Source: an uncultured virus (IMG/VR IMGVR_UViG_3300021142_000026) (Duplodnaviria; Heunggongvirae; Uroviricota; Caudoviricetes). Taken from it: a stretch of 64,000 bases of DNA. The notes below the pieces were generated by a model. It was not told the origin of the DNA. It saw only the letters and a list, made by a program, of their open reading frames with translations, and ran no database searches. Numbering within the stretch: position 1 is the first letter of the stretch; each line of letters starts with the position of its first letter. Location: the IMG/VR virus record IMGVR_UViG_3300021142_000026; one strand, given 5' to 3'. Below, in pieces: positions 8,001 through 17,375 of this stretch. The position numbers and the translations under genes are program-made.

Positions 8001-10496
8001 ATGGCCGATATAAAGAGTCTCTACCCTGAACGTATGATTGAGGAATTGGCAAAGTCTGGGTTGCGGCCAGAAGACATTAGAGCTAAGCCTATGTCACCTG
8101 CAGAAAAGACTGCAACTGGTGCACCCTTCGGCTCTGATGGCTACGTTATCCCTTATTTTGACATGGAGGGGAAACCCCTACCATTTTACAGGGTCAAGAT
8201 CTATGACGCACCAGAAGTCAAATACCGACAACTTGCAGACAGCCAAAATCACATTTACTGTCCACCTCGACTTGCAGGGCTCATTCAGCATCTTGAATCT
8301 GACCATGACTTCAGATATATGCTCATCACTGAAGGAGAGAAAAAGGCTGCAGCAGCTGTTAAGCACGGAATTCCATGCATTGCTTTATCAGGCGTTGATT
8401 CTTGGAAGTCTAGAACGCTGCTCCTTCCAAAGGACAGTACGCTCGCCACTAAAACCAACGGAATGATCTCTATTAAGTTGCCTGCAGGGGTCCCTGTTGG
8501 TGATGGTGCAGACGTGATGGCTGTTGGCTTCCAGGACTTTATCAACATGGTGATCCGTAAGAACATCACGATCATCATTGCCTTTGATACTGACCAGAAA
8601 AATGGTTACAAGTTTGAAGTCCAAAGAGCTGCGGCCCAACTTGGCTTTGAACTGCGCCACAAAGGCATTGCTCATAAGCACATAAGGCACATTGTTCTTG
8701 ATGCACCTATTGTAGATGGTAAAGTACAAAAGGTTGGACTTGACGATGTGATTGCAACGGGGGCTAAGGGCATTGCTCAAGTGCATGACAAGATCAACGA
8801 GTGCCTTGCTAAGAAAAGCGCCTTCCCTGTCCACCCTAATATCAAGGACTTTGTCAACAGGCGTCTCACCAAGGCTAAGATGGGAAGGCCTGAACAGATG
8901 GCCATTGGCATGGCTATCTTGGCAGACTTGGATTCTAAGGGACAAAGGCTGCGATCTCCTGATGAGAAGAGTCTCTATTACTTTTCCCATATTGATAAGT
9001 CCTTAACGAAGGTAGAGTTTGGTTTTCAACCTGAACATGCAGATTCGCCGTTCGGACGGTTCTTGTATAAGCACTATAACCTTGGCTTCTCGGACAATAA
9101 GGTAATGTCTTGGTTGGCAAGTCAATACTCTGGAGAGGAGCCCATTGAAGATGTCTACCCAGAAAAAGTCCTCACTTGGCGCAAAGATACCCTCTACTAC
9201 CAGATTGACTCGGGCACAATGGCTAAAGTCACGAAGGATGGAGTCACAGTTATTGATAATGGAACGGATAACGTTCTCTTCGAGTCAGGGATTGCCGAAG
9301 ACCTCAACGTTAAGGATTTCAAGATCGCCCTCTACGCAGCGCAAACTACTCGCGGTACTCCGAATTGGTGGTATGAGACTCTCAGAGAGGCACGCATCAA
9401 AGACTCTGATGATGATAAGCATCGCAGACTTCTCAGCCTCCTCTATTATGTGTCGCCTCTTTTTTACAGATGGCGTGGCACTCAGCTGCCGGTTGAGATC
9501 ACTACGGGCGAGGCTGGTTCTGGCAAGTCTACACTTTATGCTCTCCGTTTGTCCATCCTTACAGGTTCGGTAAAGCTTAGGAACTCTCCTAATGACATCA
9601 AAGACTGGAACGCCTCTATCGCCAAGTCAGGTGCAATGCACATCACCGACAACGTACAATTTACAAACAATGACCTACGTCAACGACTCTCAGACGAAAT
9701 ATGTCGACTCGTTACGGAGGCGCATCCGACAATTGAACAAAGGAAGCTCTATTCAGATACAGACGTTGTCAAGATTCCAGTTAGAGTGGTATTTGGCATC
9801 ACTGCTATCAAACAACCCTTCACTAACATTGACATCCTGCAAAGAGCCATCATTACCGAACTTGACAAAGGAGTCGATGTCGAACTGAAGTATGATGCCG
9901 ATTGGGAAGTTGCACAACTTCAAAAAAGGGGCGGCCGTGCCATGTGGCTTGCTCATATGTTGGTCTTTGCCCAAAAACTATTGGCCACAATTGATCAGCA
10001 ATGGCATCCTAGGTTTAAGGCTGGCTACCGCCTGATCAACGTGGAACAGCTTTTGATCTTGGCAGCTACTACTATGGGGTGGGATGCAAGTTGGATTCCA
10101 GGGCATTTGGAAGTTGGTCGTGATTCTAAGATGGCTGACGCTGACTGGGCTTTGGAAGGCATCATTGGCTTTGCTGACCATATCCGAAACAAATACCCCA
10201 GCCAATTAGAGCATATGTCATTTACAGGCCAGCAGATGGTTGATTGGCTTTCACAACAGGAACAGTTCAATGGTTGTACCATACTTGCTAATGCCCGCTC
10301 TCTGCAGCGCTACATGGCAGCTAATAAGCACTCCGTGGCGTCTTTGGGTAACATCGTGCCAGACAATATACCTGGTAAAGTTGCCTATGTTGTGAGACCA
10401 AATAAAGAGGTCGACAACTCCCCGCAACTAGCATTCTCAGGGCCAGGCCTTGAAATGAACATGAAGGCCATCCGTGAAGAGGCTGACCCCTACTGA
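8001..10496 (+). CDS. primase-helicase (DUF3854-type TOPRIM primase plus P-loop ATPase)
   Basis: LITEGEKKA, IAFDTD, KVGLDD TOPRIM motifs; Walker A GEAGSGKS. Confidence 0.85.
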   Translation: MADIKSLYPERMIEELAKSGLRPEDIRAKPMSPAEKTATGAPFGSDGYVIPYFDMEGKPLPFYRVKIYDAPEVKYRQLADSQNHIYCPPRLAGLIQHLESDHDFRYMLITEGEKKAAAAVKHGIPCIALSGVDSWKSRTLLLPKDSTLATKTNGMISIKLPAGVPVGDGADVMAVGFQDFINMVIRKNITIIIAFDTDQKNGYKFEVQRAAAQLGFELRHKGIAHKHIRHIVLDAPIVDGKVQKVGLDDVIATGAKGIAQVHDKINECLAKKSAFPVHPNIKDFVNRRLTKAKMGRPEQMAIGMAILADLDSKGQRLRSPDEKSLYYFSHIDKSLTKVEFGFQPEHADSPFGRFLYKHYNLGFSDNKVMSWLASQYSGEEPIEDVYPEKVLTWRKDTLYYQIDSGTMAKVTKDGVTVIDNGTDNVLFESGIAEDLNVKDFKIALYAAQTTRGTPNWWYETLREARIKDSDDDKHRRLLSLLYYVSPLFYRWRGTQLPVEITTGEAGSGKSTLYALRLSILTGSVKLRNSPNDIKDWNASIAKSGAMHITDNVQFTNNDLRQRLSDEICRLVTEAHPTIEQRKLYSDTDVVKIPVRVVFGITAIKQPFTNIDILQRAIITELDKGVDVELKYDADWEVAQLQKRGGRAMWLAHMLVFAQKLLATIDQQWHPRFKAGYRLINVEQLLILAATTMGWDASWIPGHLEVGRDSKMADADWALEGIIGFADHIRNKYPSQLEHMSFTGQQMVDWLSQQEQFNGCTILANARSLQRYMAANKHSVASLGNIVPDNIPGKVAYVVRPNKEVDNSPQLAFSGPGLEMNMKAIREEADPY

Positions 10497-10532
10497 CAAT
10501 CTGGTGCCAAAATAAATTCTGGTCGACCAGCA

Positions 10533-10570
10533 TTTCGCCCATTGATGACTAAACGCTTCTCCTATAAATT
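10533..10570 (+). promoter_or_regulatory. sigma70-type promoter
   Basis: TTTCGCCCA-TTGATG-N17-TAAATT. Confidence 0.55.
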
Positions 10571-10625
10571 AAGGATGTAAGCAAGAGATGTCATGTGACT
10601 CTCTAACCAAAGAAGGCATTTAATT

Positions 10626-10991
10626 ATGGCTCGTAATGCTCAAGAATCCGCCGCCACGACCGAAGCTGAAACTCCGGCCGTTGAAGGTGCTGAAGGTACT
10701 CCTGCGGAAGGCACGACCACCGAGAAGGCTTCGCGCCCTAAGGTTATCCTGACGCTCGACGAAGAAGCTGCCGCGCAGTTCGGTGGTGAAGTCGGTCAGC
10801 AAGTGACTCGCAAGGACTTCATCCTGAAGCTCTTTGGTGAGCAGGGTATCGACCGTGGTCCGATTGCCAAGACGCTGACGCGTCTGGAAGGTCGCAACGT
10901 TCCGTATCAGATTGTCTTCCAGGCCACCAAGGGTGTTGCGAAGGCGAAGTCTGCTGAAGAGCCGGCTGCTGAAGCTACTCCCGCGGAGTAA
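10626..10991 (+). CDS. putative HTH DNA-binding protein (paralog 3)
   Basis: RKDFILKLFGEQGIDRGPIAKTL...VPYQIVFQ resembles ORFs 1401-1784 and 2340-2795; codon usage looks high-expression. Confidence 0.65.
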   Translation: MARNAQESAATTEAETPAVEGAEGTPAEGTTTEKASRPKVILTLDEEAAAQFGGEVGQQVTRKDFILKLFGEQGIDRGPIAKTLTRLEGRNVPYQIVFQATKGVAKAKSAEEPAAEATPAE

Positions 10992-11001
10992 GACAATCGA
11001 C

Positions 11002-11032
11002 GAGAATAGGGGGCTTCATGCTCCCTATTTTT
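11002..11032 (+). terminator. rho-independent terminator
   Basis: AATAGGGGGC-TTCAT-GCTCCCTATTTTT. Confidence 0.75.
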
Positions 11033-11066
11033 GTACTCTCAAAGGCCCATGGCCAAGGAGGCTATA

Positions 11067-11702
11067 GTGTCTAATTCTAATTCTAATCCTGGTGCTGAAG
11101 CACTGAACCTGTTCAATGAGGCGCTGGCTGGCCTCGACACTGTCAAGACTGAGGTGACCAAAGTTGTTGGTCTTCTACCTCAAGACGCACAAGATGCTAT
11201 TACCGGTGCAGTCAATGGCGTAGTTGCCAAGGTCACTGGTGCTCAATCCGCTCATGTGGACGCTGTTCAACAAGCGCTCAATACTCCTGCCCCTGGACAA
11301 GTTGTCTCTGCTACGCAGAACAACGCCAATGCCAATGCCACTGTGATCCCGACGGCTATTGTGACCAACACTGGTGACCGTATTGGTTATGCCGTTGTGT
11401 CCGCTGAACACCAACTGGCCATCGCCATTCAAGCTGCCCTCGACACCTACCTCACGACTAAGGGTGCTCTTGGTGTCCCGCTTGAGACTATTGCTGATGG
11501 TGCTATCCAGTTCGCCTCGACGAATCTTTTTACGTACGTGAACGGACTGCTTCGTGGTGCAGGTAAGAGCTCTTCTCTTGTGGCTCACACCATTGCCCAA
11601 GACGTCAAGCAAATCCCTCTGATTGGCACTGCTGTTGCTTCTGGTATTGATCAAGTCGCAGATGACCTGAATCAAGCTGGCAACACTCCGGTTCGCTACT
11701 AA
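11067..11702 (+). CDS. hypothetical Ala-rich helical protein
   Basis: AAGGAGG RBS before GTG 11067. Confidence 0.75.
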   Translation: MSNSNSNPGAEALNLFNEALAGLDTVKTEVTKVVGLLPQDAQDAITGAVNGVVAKVTGAQSAHVDAVQQALNTPAPGQVVSATQNNANANATVIPTAIVTNTGDRIGYAVVSAEHQLAIAIQAALDTYLTTKGALGVPLETIADGAIQFASTNLFTYVNGLLRGAGKSSSLVAHTIAQDVKQIPLIGTAVASGIDQVADDLNQAGNTPVRY

Positions 11703-11714
11703 CCTGAACATAGA

Positions 11715-11773
11715 GACAGATGAGGTGTTGTAGCTGGACGATTAGTGTCCGGGTCGTTTAGCTCCACCTTGTC
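11715..11773 (+). ncRNA. candidate structured RNA hairpin (3' UTR or small RNA)
   Basis: AGCTGGACGATT/GGTCGTTTAGCT 12-bp stem with four G-U pairs, extended by GAGGTG/CACCTT. Confidence 0.35.
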
Positions 11774-11774
11774 G

Positions 11775-11816
11775 CCCCTGGGACAGTCTTGCCTCCTGTC
11801 TCAGGGGTTTAATTTT
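11775..11816 (+). terminator. rho-independent terminator
   Basis: CCCCTGGGACAG/CTGTCTCAGGGG followed by TTTAATTTT. Confidence 0.75.
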
Positions 11817-11839
11817 GGCCAAATGAGAAGGTAGTACAT

Positions 11840-12412
11840 ATGACAAAGAAGACAACCAACCCCAAAGACTCAGTTATGAAGCCTAACAACCTCTACTGGA
11901 AGATGTTAGAGGCTTACCATAACCAAGCAAAGGTTAATAATTTTACCAAAAATTATGGTCATCCTATTATTGGATTAGACCCAGGTGAGACTACAGGCTA
12001 TGCATATTGGAATCCCATAGATGCCACCTTTACCCTACGACAGCTTAAGACTAAGAGTCCTGAAGAAGGCTACAATGCTATCCTACAGGAAATCAAAACT
12101 GACGTAGATCCTGTATATCGTTATGAACTGGAGATTGTCTGCGAAGACTACCGTATCTATGGCTGGAAAGCTGACACTCATGCTTGGGCAGGATTGCACA
12201 CGCCACAACTAATTGGTGCTATTCGTATTATGGCTATGCTGAATAAGTGGCCTATTCACTTCCAGATGGCTCAGGAAGCAAAATCTTGGGCAACGGATGA
12301 TCAGCTGAAGAGCTGGGGTTTGTACGATCCTGGACAGCGTCACGCTCGAGATGCCTCACGGCACATCATACGACACATGTTCTTCTATACTGGACAGGCT
12401 GCTACCAAATAA
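11840..12412 (+). CDS. RuvC-like Holliday junction resolvase
   Basis: IIGLDPGETTGYA, CEDY, HARDA RNase H-fold motifs. Confidence 0.8.
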   Translation: MTKKTTNPKDSVMKPNNLYWKMLEAYHNQAKVNNFTKNYGHPIIGLDPGETTGYAYWNPIDATFTLRQLKTKSPEEGYNAILQEIKTDVDPVYRYELEIVCEDYRIYGWKADTHAWAGLHTPQLIGAIRIMAMLNKWPIHFQMAQEAKSWATDDQLKSWGLYDPGQRHARDASRHIIRHMFFYTGQAATK

Positions 12413-12419
12413 TAGTTAT

Positions 12420-12458
12420 CTTTTGACTATTGATGCACATCTGAAATTCATATAGAAT
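12420..12458 (+). promoter_or_regulatory. sigma70-type promoter with CTTTTGACTA element
   Basis: CTTTTGACTA-TTGATG-N17-TAGAAT. Confidence 0.75.
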
Positions 12459-12503
12459 ATATAGTATGTGCATCTAGCTCATAGGACAAAAAAGGTGACT
12501 AAG

Positions 12504-12809
12504 ATGATTCGTGCGGCGACTGATGACTTGAATAAGGGTTGGATCTATGATGAAGATCTTGGGATCTCACCTGAAGATGCTCAGAAGTATTGCGTACAAG
12601 CAGAAGACTGGCAAATCATCAGGTTAAGCATGAAAGGTAAGACTACAGTTCAGAAGATGCACATACTGTATAACTGGCGTGAGACGAACGCGCTTGCGAA
12701 CGATGGTGTAGTGCCTTTGAGTACACGGCTTCAGATCTGCAACTATCTTGGTGCTCTGCGTCGCGGTGGACAACTTGATATGCAGAATCTGATCAAAAAA
12801 GAAAGGTGA
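12504..12809 (+). CDS. hypothetical protein
   Basis: AAGGTGA RBS before ATG 12504. Confidence 0.7.
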   Translation: MIRAATDDLNKGWIYDEDLGISPEDAQKYCVQAEDWQIIRLSMKGKTTVQKMHILYNWRETNALANDGVVPLSTRLQICNYLGALRRGGQLDMQNLIKKER

Positions 12810-12818
12810 TGGTGACAT

Positions 12819-13079
12819 ATGACTATTGAGATCGAGAAAGGCATTCCTCTAGAGGAACGAAAGACCAATCCAGAAGTAGTTGCAGCTGTTAGGAAGCTGT
12901 ACAATGAAGGTGAAGTCGGTGACTCCATCTTTATTGAAGGTCCTATCGGCAACACCTACCTCAACACCTGCTGCACCAATATCGGTGGATCGGGTTGGTT
13001 CTCCTGTCGTAAGGACACCAAGAATGGTGCATCTGGCTACAGGGTCTGGAAGAAGCAAGACAAACCGGTGGAGCTGTAA
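12819..13079 (+). CDS. small putative DNA-binding phage protein
   Basis: IEIEKGIPL...EVGDSIFI...GYRVW pattern common in small phage proteins. Confidence 0.65.
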   Translation: MTIEIEKGIPLEERKTNPEVVAAVRKLYNEGEVGDSIFIEGPIGNTYLNTCCTNIGGSGWFSCRKDTKNGASGYRVWKKQDKPVEL

Positions 13080-13081
13080 GC

Positions 13082-13528
13082 ATGTCAAATAAGCTCAAAC
13101 CCACACAGACTATAAATTTGGGTAAGCCAAATCATGGCAAAGGATTGCCCCGAATCAAAGGGCTTTCCCCTAAGGCTCAGCAGATGATTGACGAAGGCCT
13201 CTTGGTCTACAAGAATGGGATGATTCGTCCAAGGGCTCAAGAAGCTAAGGTCGAACTGACCAAGAAGCAGATCGACTCCTACGCCAAAGAGTTTCGGCTC
13301 AAACGTGTTAGGGTCTCAGCAGCTCCTGCAGAAGTTCCTGAAGGTCAAGAGGTTGTTCTTGAGTATGCTGTGGAAGTCACTGACAAGAGTGGCCTCTGGT
13401 TCACACATCTGATCATGACAGACTTCTGGCAAGAGCTTCTTGGCCTGGAAGGTGTTTGTTATGTGATTGGATATCCCCTTCCTGAATCACTAGGCATCCT
13501 TGAGGTGCTTCCTAACAGGGGTTGGTGA
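13082..13528 (+). CDS. hypothetical protein
   Basis: 148-aa ORF in operon. Confidence 0.7.
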   Translation: MSNKLKPTQTINLGKPNHGKGLPRIKGLSPKAQQMIDEGLLVYKNGMIRPRAQEAKVELTKKQIDSYAKEFRLKRVRVSAAPAEVPEGQEVVLEYAVEVTDKSGLWFTHLIMTDFWQELLGLEGVCYVIGYPLPESLGILEVLPNRGW

Positions 13529-13529
13529 C

Positions 13530-13835
13530 ATGGCTGACATCATCTATTGGGCTATCCGCCAGAACTCTACGGGCTGGTGGTTGCCCTTATATGACGGCAA
13601 ACAGAAGCGTGGCTTTACCTATACTGAGCCTAGTGAAGGAGCAAGACCTCGCCTCTTCGTACGTCTTCAAGATGCCAAGTTAGCCCTTCGCTGGTGGCTA
13701 GCGGGCAAATATCAAGTCACTTATGGTTATGATCATGAAGGTGGTGACATAGTAAACGAGAAAATTATTCCTCAACCACATCGTGATCCCAAAGACTACC
13801 AGATTGTCTGTGTAGTCCTTAGAGAATGGCATTAG
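13530..13835 (+). CDS. hypothetical protein
   Basis: ORF in operon, start MADII. Confidence 0.7.
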   Translation: MADIIYWAIRQNSTGWWLPLYDGKQKRGFTYTEPSEGARPRLFVRLQDAKLALRWWLAGKYQVTYGYDHEGGDIVNEKIIPQPHRDPKDYQIVCVVLREWH

Positions 13836-13844
13836 GAGGCAACA

Positions 13845-14258
13845 ATGCAAGACAATGAATTCACCCTCTTCGAGGCTGCCCAAAAGATTTGCCCAGAAAT
13901 CATTGGCAAGCTTAACAGCACAGACAAAGATGGCAATCCAGTTCCTGTTGCACGTTGCATTGGCACTGATTGTATGGCATGGCACTGGACTGATCACGCC
14001 GAAGCATCTTGCCTTGTGTATATTGCGAAGGACAAAGATGGTTGGTGGTTTATTGAACCTGAACACAATATGAAGAGCCGTTGGGGTTGGCCTCCTAATG
14101 ATCCTGAAAACTGGACCTTCGAACTCAATCAGACGGTAGTGGCCCACACTACAAGGATCATGTTTATAGCGAAGCGCCCTCTGTATACATTGACTGAGCG
14201 TCGTGGATACTGTGGTCTCTATATGCCACGTATGGCAGAGGTCGAGGTTAACCCTTGA
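13845..14258 (+). CDS. hypothetical Cys/Trp-rich protein
   Basis: AGGAGG RBS; CP...CIGTDCMAW...GYCGL. Confidence 0.7.
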   Translation: MQDNEFTLFEAAQKICPEIIGKLNSTDKDGNPVPVARCIGTDCMAWHWTDHAEASCLVYIAKDKDGWWFIEPEHNMKSRWGWPPNDPENWTFELNQTVVAHTTRIMFIAKRPLYTLTERRGYCGLYMPRMAEVEVNP

Positions 14259-14262
14259 GCCT

Positions 14263-14301
14263 CTTTTGACTATAGAGGACTTCAGGGAAATATGATATAA
14301 T
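14263..14301 (+). promoter_or_regulatory. sigma70-type promoter with CTTTTGACTA element
   Basis: CTTTTGACTA-TAGAGG-N17-TATAAT. Confidence 0.7.
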
Positions 14302-14325
14302 AAATAATAGATAGAGGGATAGCAA

Positions 14326-14928
14326 GTGGCTAAGCCGACTACCAAAGTTGCTAAGGCTAAGGCGAAGGCAAAAGCTAAGAAGCCGACTGGAAGGCCTGCA
14401 TCTGTTTCGTTGCATGCTGGTGCTAAATTCGGTGACTTGACTATCATTCGGAAGGCACATCTTAAGGAAGGTCTGCGCATCTTCGTGAAGTGCGTTTGTG
14501 GTAAGGAATTCTACACCAAGACTCAGTACTTGACTAGAAAGCCTAATCCACAGACGCACTGCGGATGCAAACTTAAAGTTCCTCCTAATCCTTATGCCTA
14601 TGAGAAGATCTGCTGGCAGTCGATGCATTTGCGGTGCTGCTATGAGAAGCATGTTTCCTATATGGCATACGGTGGTCGCGGAATTAAGATCTGTGATCGT
14701 TGGCATCGTGATAATCCTCAGGGCTTTGCAAACTACCTTGAGGATATGGGAAAAGCACCTACTAGGCAACATACAATGGATCGGATTAACGTAGACGGTA
14801 ACTACGAACCGAGCAATTGTCAGTGGGCTACAAAGACTGAACAAGCAAGGAATCAACGTAGGTTCTCCGGCAAGACGTGGGAACATAAGCTCAAGCAGCA
14901 GCAGGCAAAAGCAAAGGAAACAAAATGA
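14326..14928 (+). CDS. HNH (homing) endonuclease
   Basis: CVCG...CGC, YGGRGIKICDRW, MDRINVDGNYEPSNCQWAT..EQARN. Confidence 0.85.
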   Translation: MAKPTTKVAKAKAKAKAKKPTGRPASVSLHAGAKFGDLTIIRKAHLKEGLRIFVKCVCGKEFYTKTQYLTRKPNPQTHCGCKLKVPPNPYAYEKICWQSMHLRCCYEKHVSYMAYGGRGIKICDRWHRDNPQGFANYLEDMGKAPTRQHTMDRINVDGNYEPSNCQWATKTEQARNQRRFSGKTWEHKLKQQQAKAKETK

Positions 14929-15884
14929 CTCGACCAATGTTAGCAGCCAAGTTCGATGAAGCCCGTACAGCGCTCCACCTCAAGGAAGATGGCTACCTCT
15001 ACATTCAGCCCAAGGTGGACGGAATGAGAGTCCTCTTCGATCAAGGGGTTGCTTATTCCAGATCTTGGAAGCCTTGGACGAATAAGTATCTCCAGGAGTT
15101 TGCAGAAGTCTATAAGTCATCTACGCATGGCTGGGATGGCGAGATGCTTCCTGGCATTCATGAAGGTGACACGATTCATCCTGATGTGTTCAGACAAGCT
15201 ATGTCTGATCTTCGGTCGATGGATGGTACGCAAGAGTTTACTTACTACCTGTTTGATCTCTGGGACACGAGTTTAGATAAGCCTAGCCCTTACTTCATCC
15301 GTAAGTCTTTCATAGAATGCTTGCATTATGGCCTTTGGAATCCTTACTTCAGTAAGTTCAAGGTCTTGGTAAAGCAATGCCCAACATTTATGGTTCAAAG
15401 CCTTGCAGAGATCAACCTGTATGAAGAGAAGTTCCTTGAGCAGGGCTTTGAAGGTGCTATTCTGCGGCGTAAGGAAGGCATGTACAAGAATGGACGCGCA
15501 ACACCGAAGGGTGGAGAGCTCACCAAGTTGAAGCGGTTCGAGGATGATGAAGCCATCATTGTGGGCTATGAAGTAGCCTACGAGAACAAGAATGAAGCCA
15601 TTACCAATGAGCTTGGTTTGACCTCTAGGAGTGCACACCAGGATAATCTTGTACCAAAAGATTATTTGGGGTCGTTTACAGTTGAACTCTTGAAAGACCG
15701 TAGTAAACGCTTTAATATAGGTGTCATGAAGGGCTTTACGCAAGACGATCGTCGGTCGTTATGGAATCAGCGTGGACAGCTTCTGGGTAAAATTGTCAAG
15801 TTCAAGCATCAAGGGTATGCAGGTGGATACGATCTTCCAAGGACACCCGTTCTCGACAGCTTCCGAGATCCCATTGACCTCTGA
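14925..15884 (+). CDS. ATP-dependent DNA ligase
   Basis: QPKVDGMR motif I, WDGE, FDL, GFEGAILR, KLK, C-terminal OB fold. Confidence 0.92.
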   Translation: MTRPMLAAKFDEARTALHLKEDGYLYIQPKVDGMRVLFDQGVAYSRSWKPWTNKYLQEFAEVYKSSTHGWDGEMLPGIHEGDTIHPDVFRQAMSDLRSMDGTQEFTYYLFDLWDTSLDKPSPYFIRKSFIECLHYGLWNPYFSKFKVLVKQCPTFMVQSLAEINLYEEKFLEQGFEGAILRRKEGMYKNGRATPKGGELTKLKRFEDDEAIIVGYEVAYENKNEAITNELGLTSRSAHQDNLVPKDYLGSFTVELLKDRSKRFNIGVMKGFTQDDRRSLWNQRGQLLGKIVKFKHQGYAGGYDLPRTPVLDSFRDPIDL

Positions 15885-16140
15885 ATCTAATGCGGAGGCT
15901 CTGGGGCCATTGCTGTGCAACAATGAGAGATGCACCGTCCGTGCAAGCTGTGCCAAGTTCTATGACGTCTATAGGGCTGAATTTAAGGATATGAAGCCTC
16001 CCTTCTCTGTCCAGACCTTTATTAAAGAAGTGGACAATTGCTTCGTGCTTCGTAAGCAGTTGGAAGGCACTATGGATAACCAGAGAAAGTGGTCAAAGAC
16101 TACTAAGAACCATCATCGTCGGAAAGGGGAATGGCTGTGA
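15772..16140 (+). CDS. hypothetical Cys-containing protein (true start probably ~15875)
   Basis: CNNERCTVRASCAKF; fills gap between ligase and dcd. Confidence 0.5.
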   Translation: MDSFWVKLSSSSIKGMQVDTIFQGHPFSTASEIPLTSESNAEALGPLLCNNERCTVRASCAKFYDVYRAEFKDMKPPFSVQTFIKEVDNCFVLRKQLEGTMDNQRKWSKTTKNHHRRKGEWL

Positions 16141-16676
16141 CCGTTTTGTCAGCCCAAACTATTGATCGTCTGGTAGCAGAAGGGGAATTGGGAATTGAGC
16201 CTTACAGCCAAGCCAAAACAGCCCTTGGTATGTCTTACGGACTCTCCAGTGCAGGATACGACATTCGTGTGGGTTCTATCGACAGGAAACTATTCACACG
16301 GGCAAATAAAAGTAGTCCTGCCCCCGCCTGGCTCGTTAAACCTGGTGAGTTTGTTCTGCTGGCATCTCTTGAGCGACTCAAGATTCCAAAGAATGTTGTA
16401 GCCTTTGTGCATGATAAGAGCACGTTGGCACGACGTGGTCTTGCTTTGCAGAACACTGTACTTGAGCCAGGTTGGGAAGGCTACATCACCCTTGAGCTGA
16501 GTAACCACAGCCAGAACCATGTTCAGGTGAAGATTGGACAGCCTATTGCACAGTTGGTCTTCCATCTGCTAGATGAGCCTACGAATTTGCCCTACGTTGG
16601 CAAGTATCAGAACCAAGGTGCTGAACCTACGGAGGCCATCTTCGTTGATGACCCTGAGCCTTCTCAACCCGAGTGA
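16131..16676 (+). CDS. dcd: dCTP deaminase
   Basis: SYGLSSAGYDIR, DKSTLARRG, EPGWEGYITLEL, IAQL, YVGKYQNQ. Confidence 0.92.
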   Translation: MAVTVLSAQTIDRLVAEGELGIEPYSQAKTALGMSYGLSSAGYDIRVGSIDRKLFTRANKSSPAPAWLVKPGEFVLLASLERLKIPKNVVAFVHDKSTLARRGLALQNTVLEPGWEGYITLELSNHSQNHVQVKIGQPIAQLVFHLLDEPTNLPYVGKYQNQGAEPTEAIFVDDPEPSQPE

Positions 16677-16686
16677 CTCAGGAGAA

Positions 16687-17163
16687 ATGATCAATATGCA
16701 ACCGAAGGAATTAAAACGTAAGGTTGGTTGGGTAGTGCCAAAGAACTTCCGTCACAGTGAAGAGGCAAAGGCAGCAAAGGCAGCAGCTGTAAAGGAAGGT
16801 GTAGCGACCAACACTTACATGGCTGTAAATCCTGTGACCAAAAAATTGGAGCCTCTGCTCCTTAAGGCCAATCGTAAGATCCGCGGCGAAGAACGTGACG
16901 CAATTAAAAAGGAATATTACTCCTCCAATCTATCCATGTCTGAGATTGCCCTAAAGTATGACCTCACACGGAACCAGGTTGCTTCTGCTTGCCATACCTC
17001 TGTTGAGGTCACTGACGTCTTGGCTCACAAGATTCGGACACATGCAAAGACAGGTGAGTCCTCTTGGGATAAGGTTGTCTTTGAGTCCTGGGAAGACCGC
17101 AAGAAACGCCGTGCTAAAGAAAAGGCAAAGGCCCTAGCAAATGCAGATAGACCTCAAACCTGA
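16687..17163 (+). CDS. HTH protein with GcrA-like N-terminal motif
   Basis: IKKEYYSSNLSMSEIALKYDLTRNQVASA; AGGAG RBS. Confidence 0.5.
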   Translation: MINMQPKELKRKVGWVVPKNFRHSEEAKAAKAAAVKEGVATNTYMAVNPVTKKLEPLLLKANRKIRGEERDAIKKEYYSSNLSMSEIALKYDLTRNQVASACHTSVEVTDVLAHKIRTHAKTGESSWDKVVFESWEDRKKRRAKEKAKALANADRPQT

Positions 17164-17350
17164 GACCAAAAGGAAGCTAGCAGCACGACGTGCTAAAGTT
17201 CAAGTGCTGTCTAGAGATTGCCCAACTTGTGGCGTCAAAGGTGGCACTCGCTGTCTTAGGCAGAATGGTAAGCCTAGGTATAGCTTCCACCTGGCTCGTT
17301 GGTCTCTGCCAAAGGTGCTAAAGAAACCTCTCAGCTATGACGGTAGCTAG
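17141..17350 (+). CDS. small zinc-finger protein
   Basis: CPTCG..G.RC...HLAR. Confidence 0.65.
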   Translation: MQIDLKPETKRKLAARRAKVQVLSRDCPTCGVKGGTRCLRQNGKPRYSFHLARWSLPKVLKKPLSYDGS

Positions 17351-17375
17351 GCCGCGAAATAATTTGGTAGCTTCT

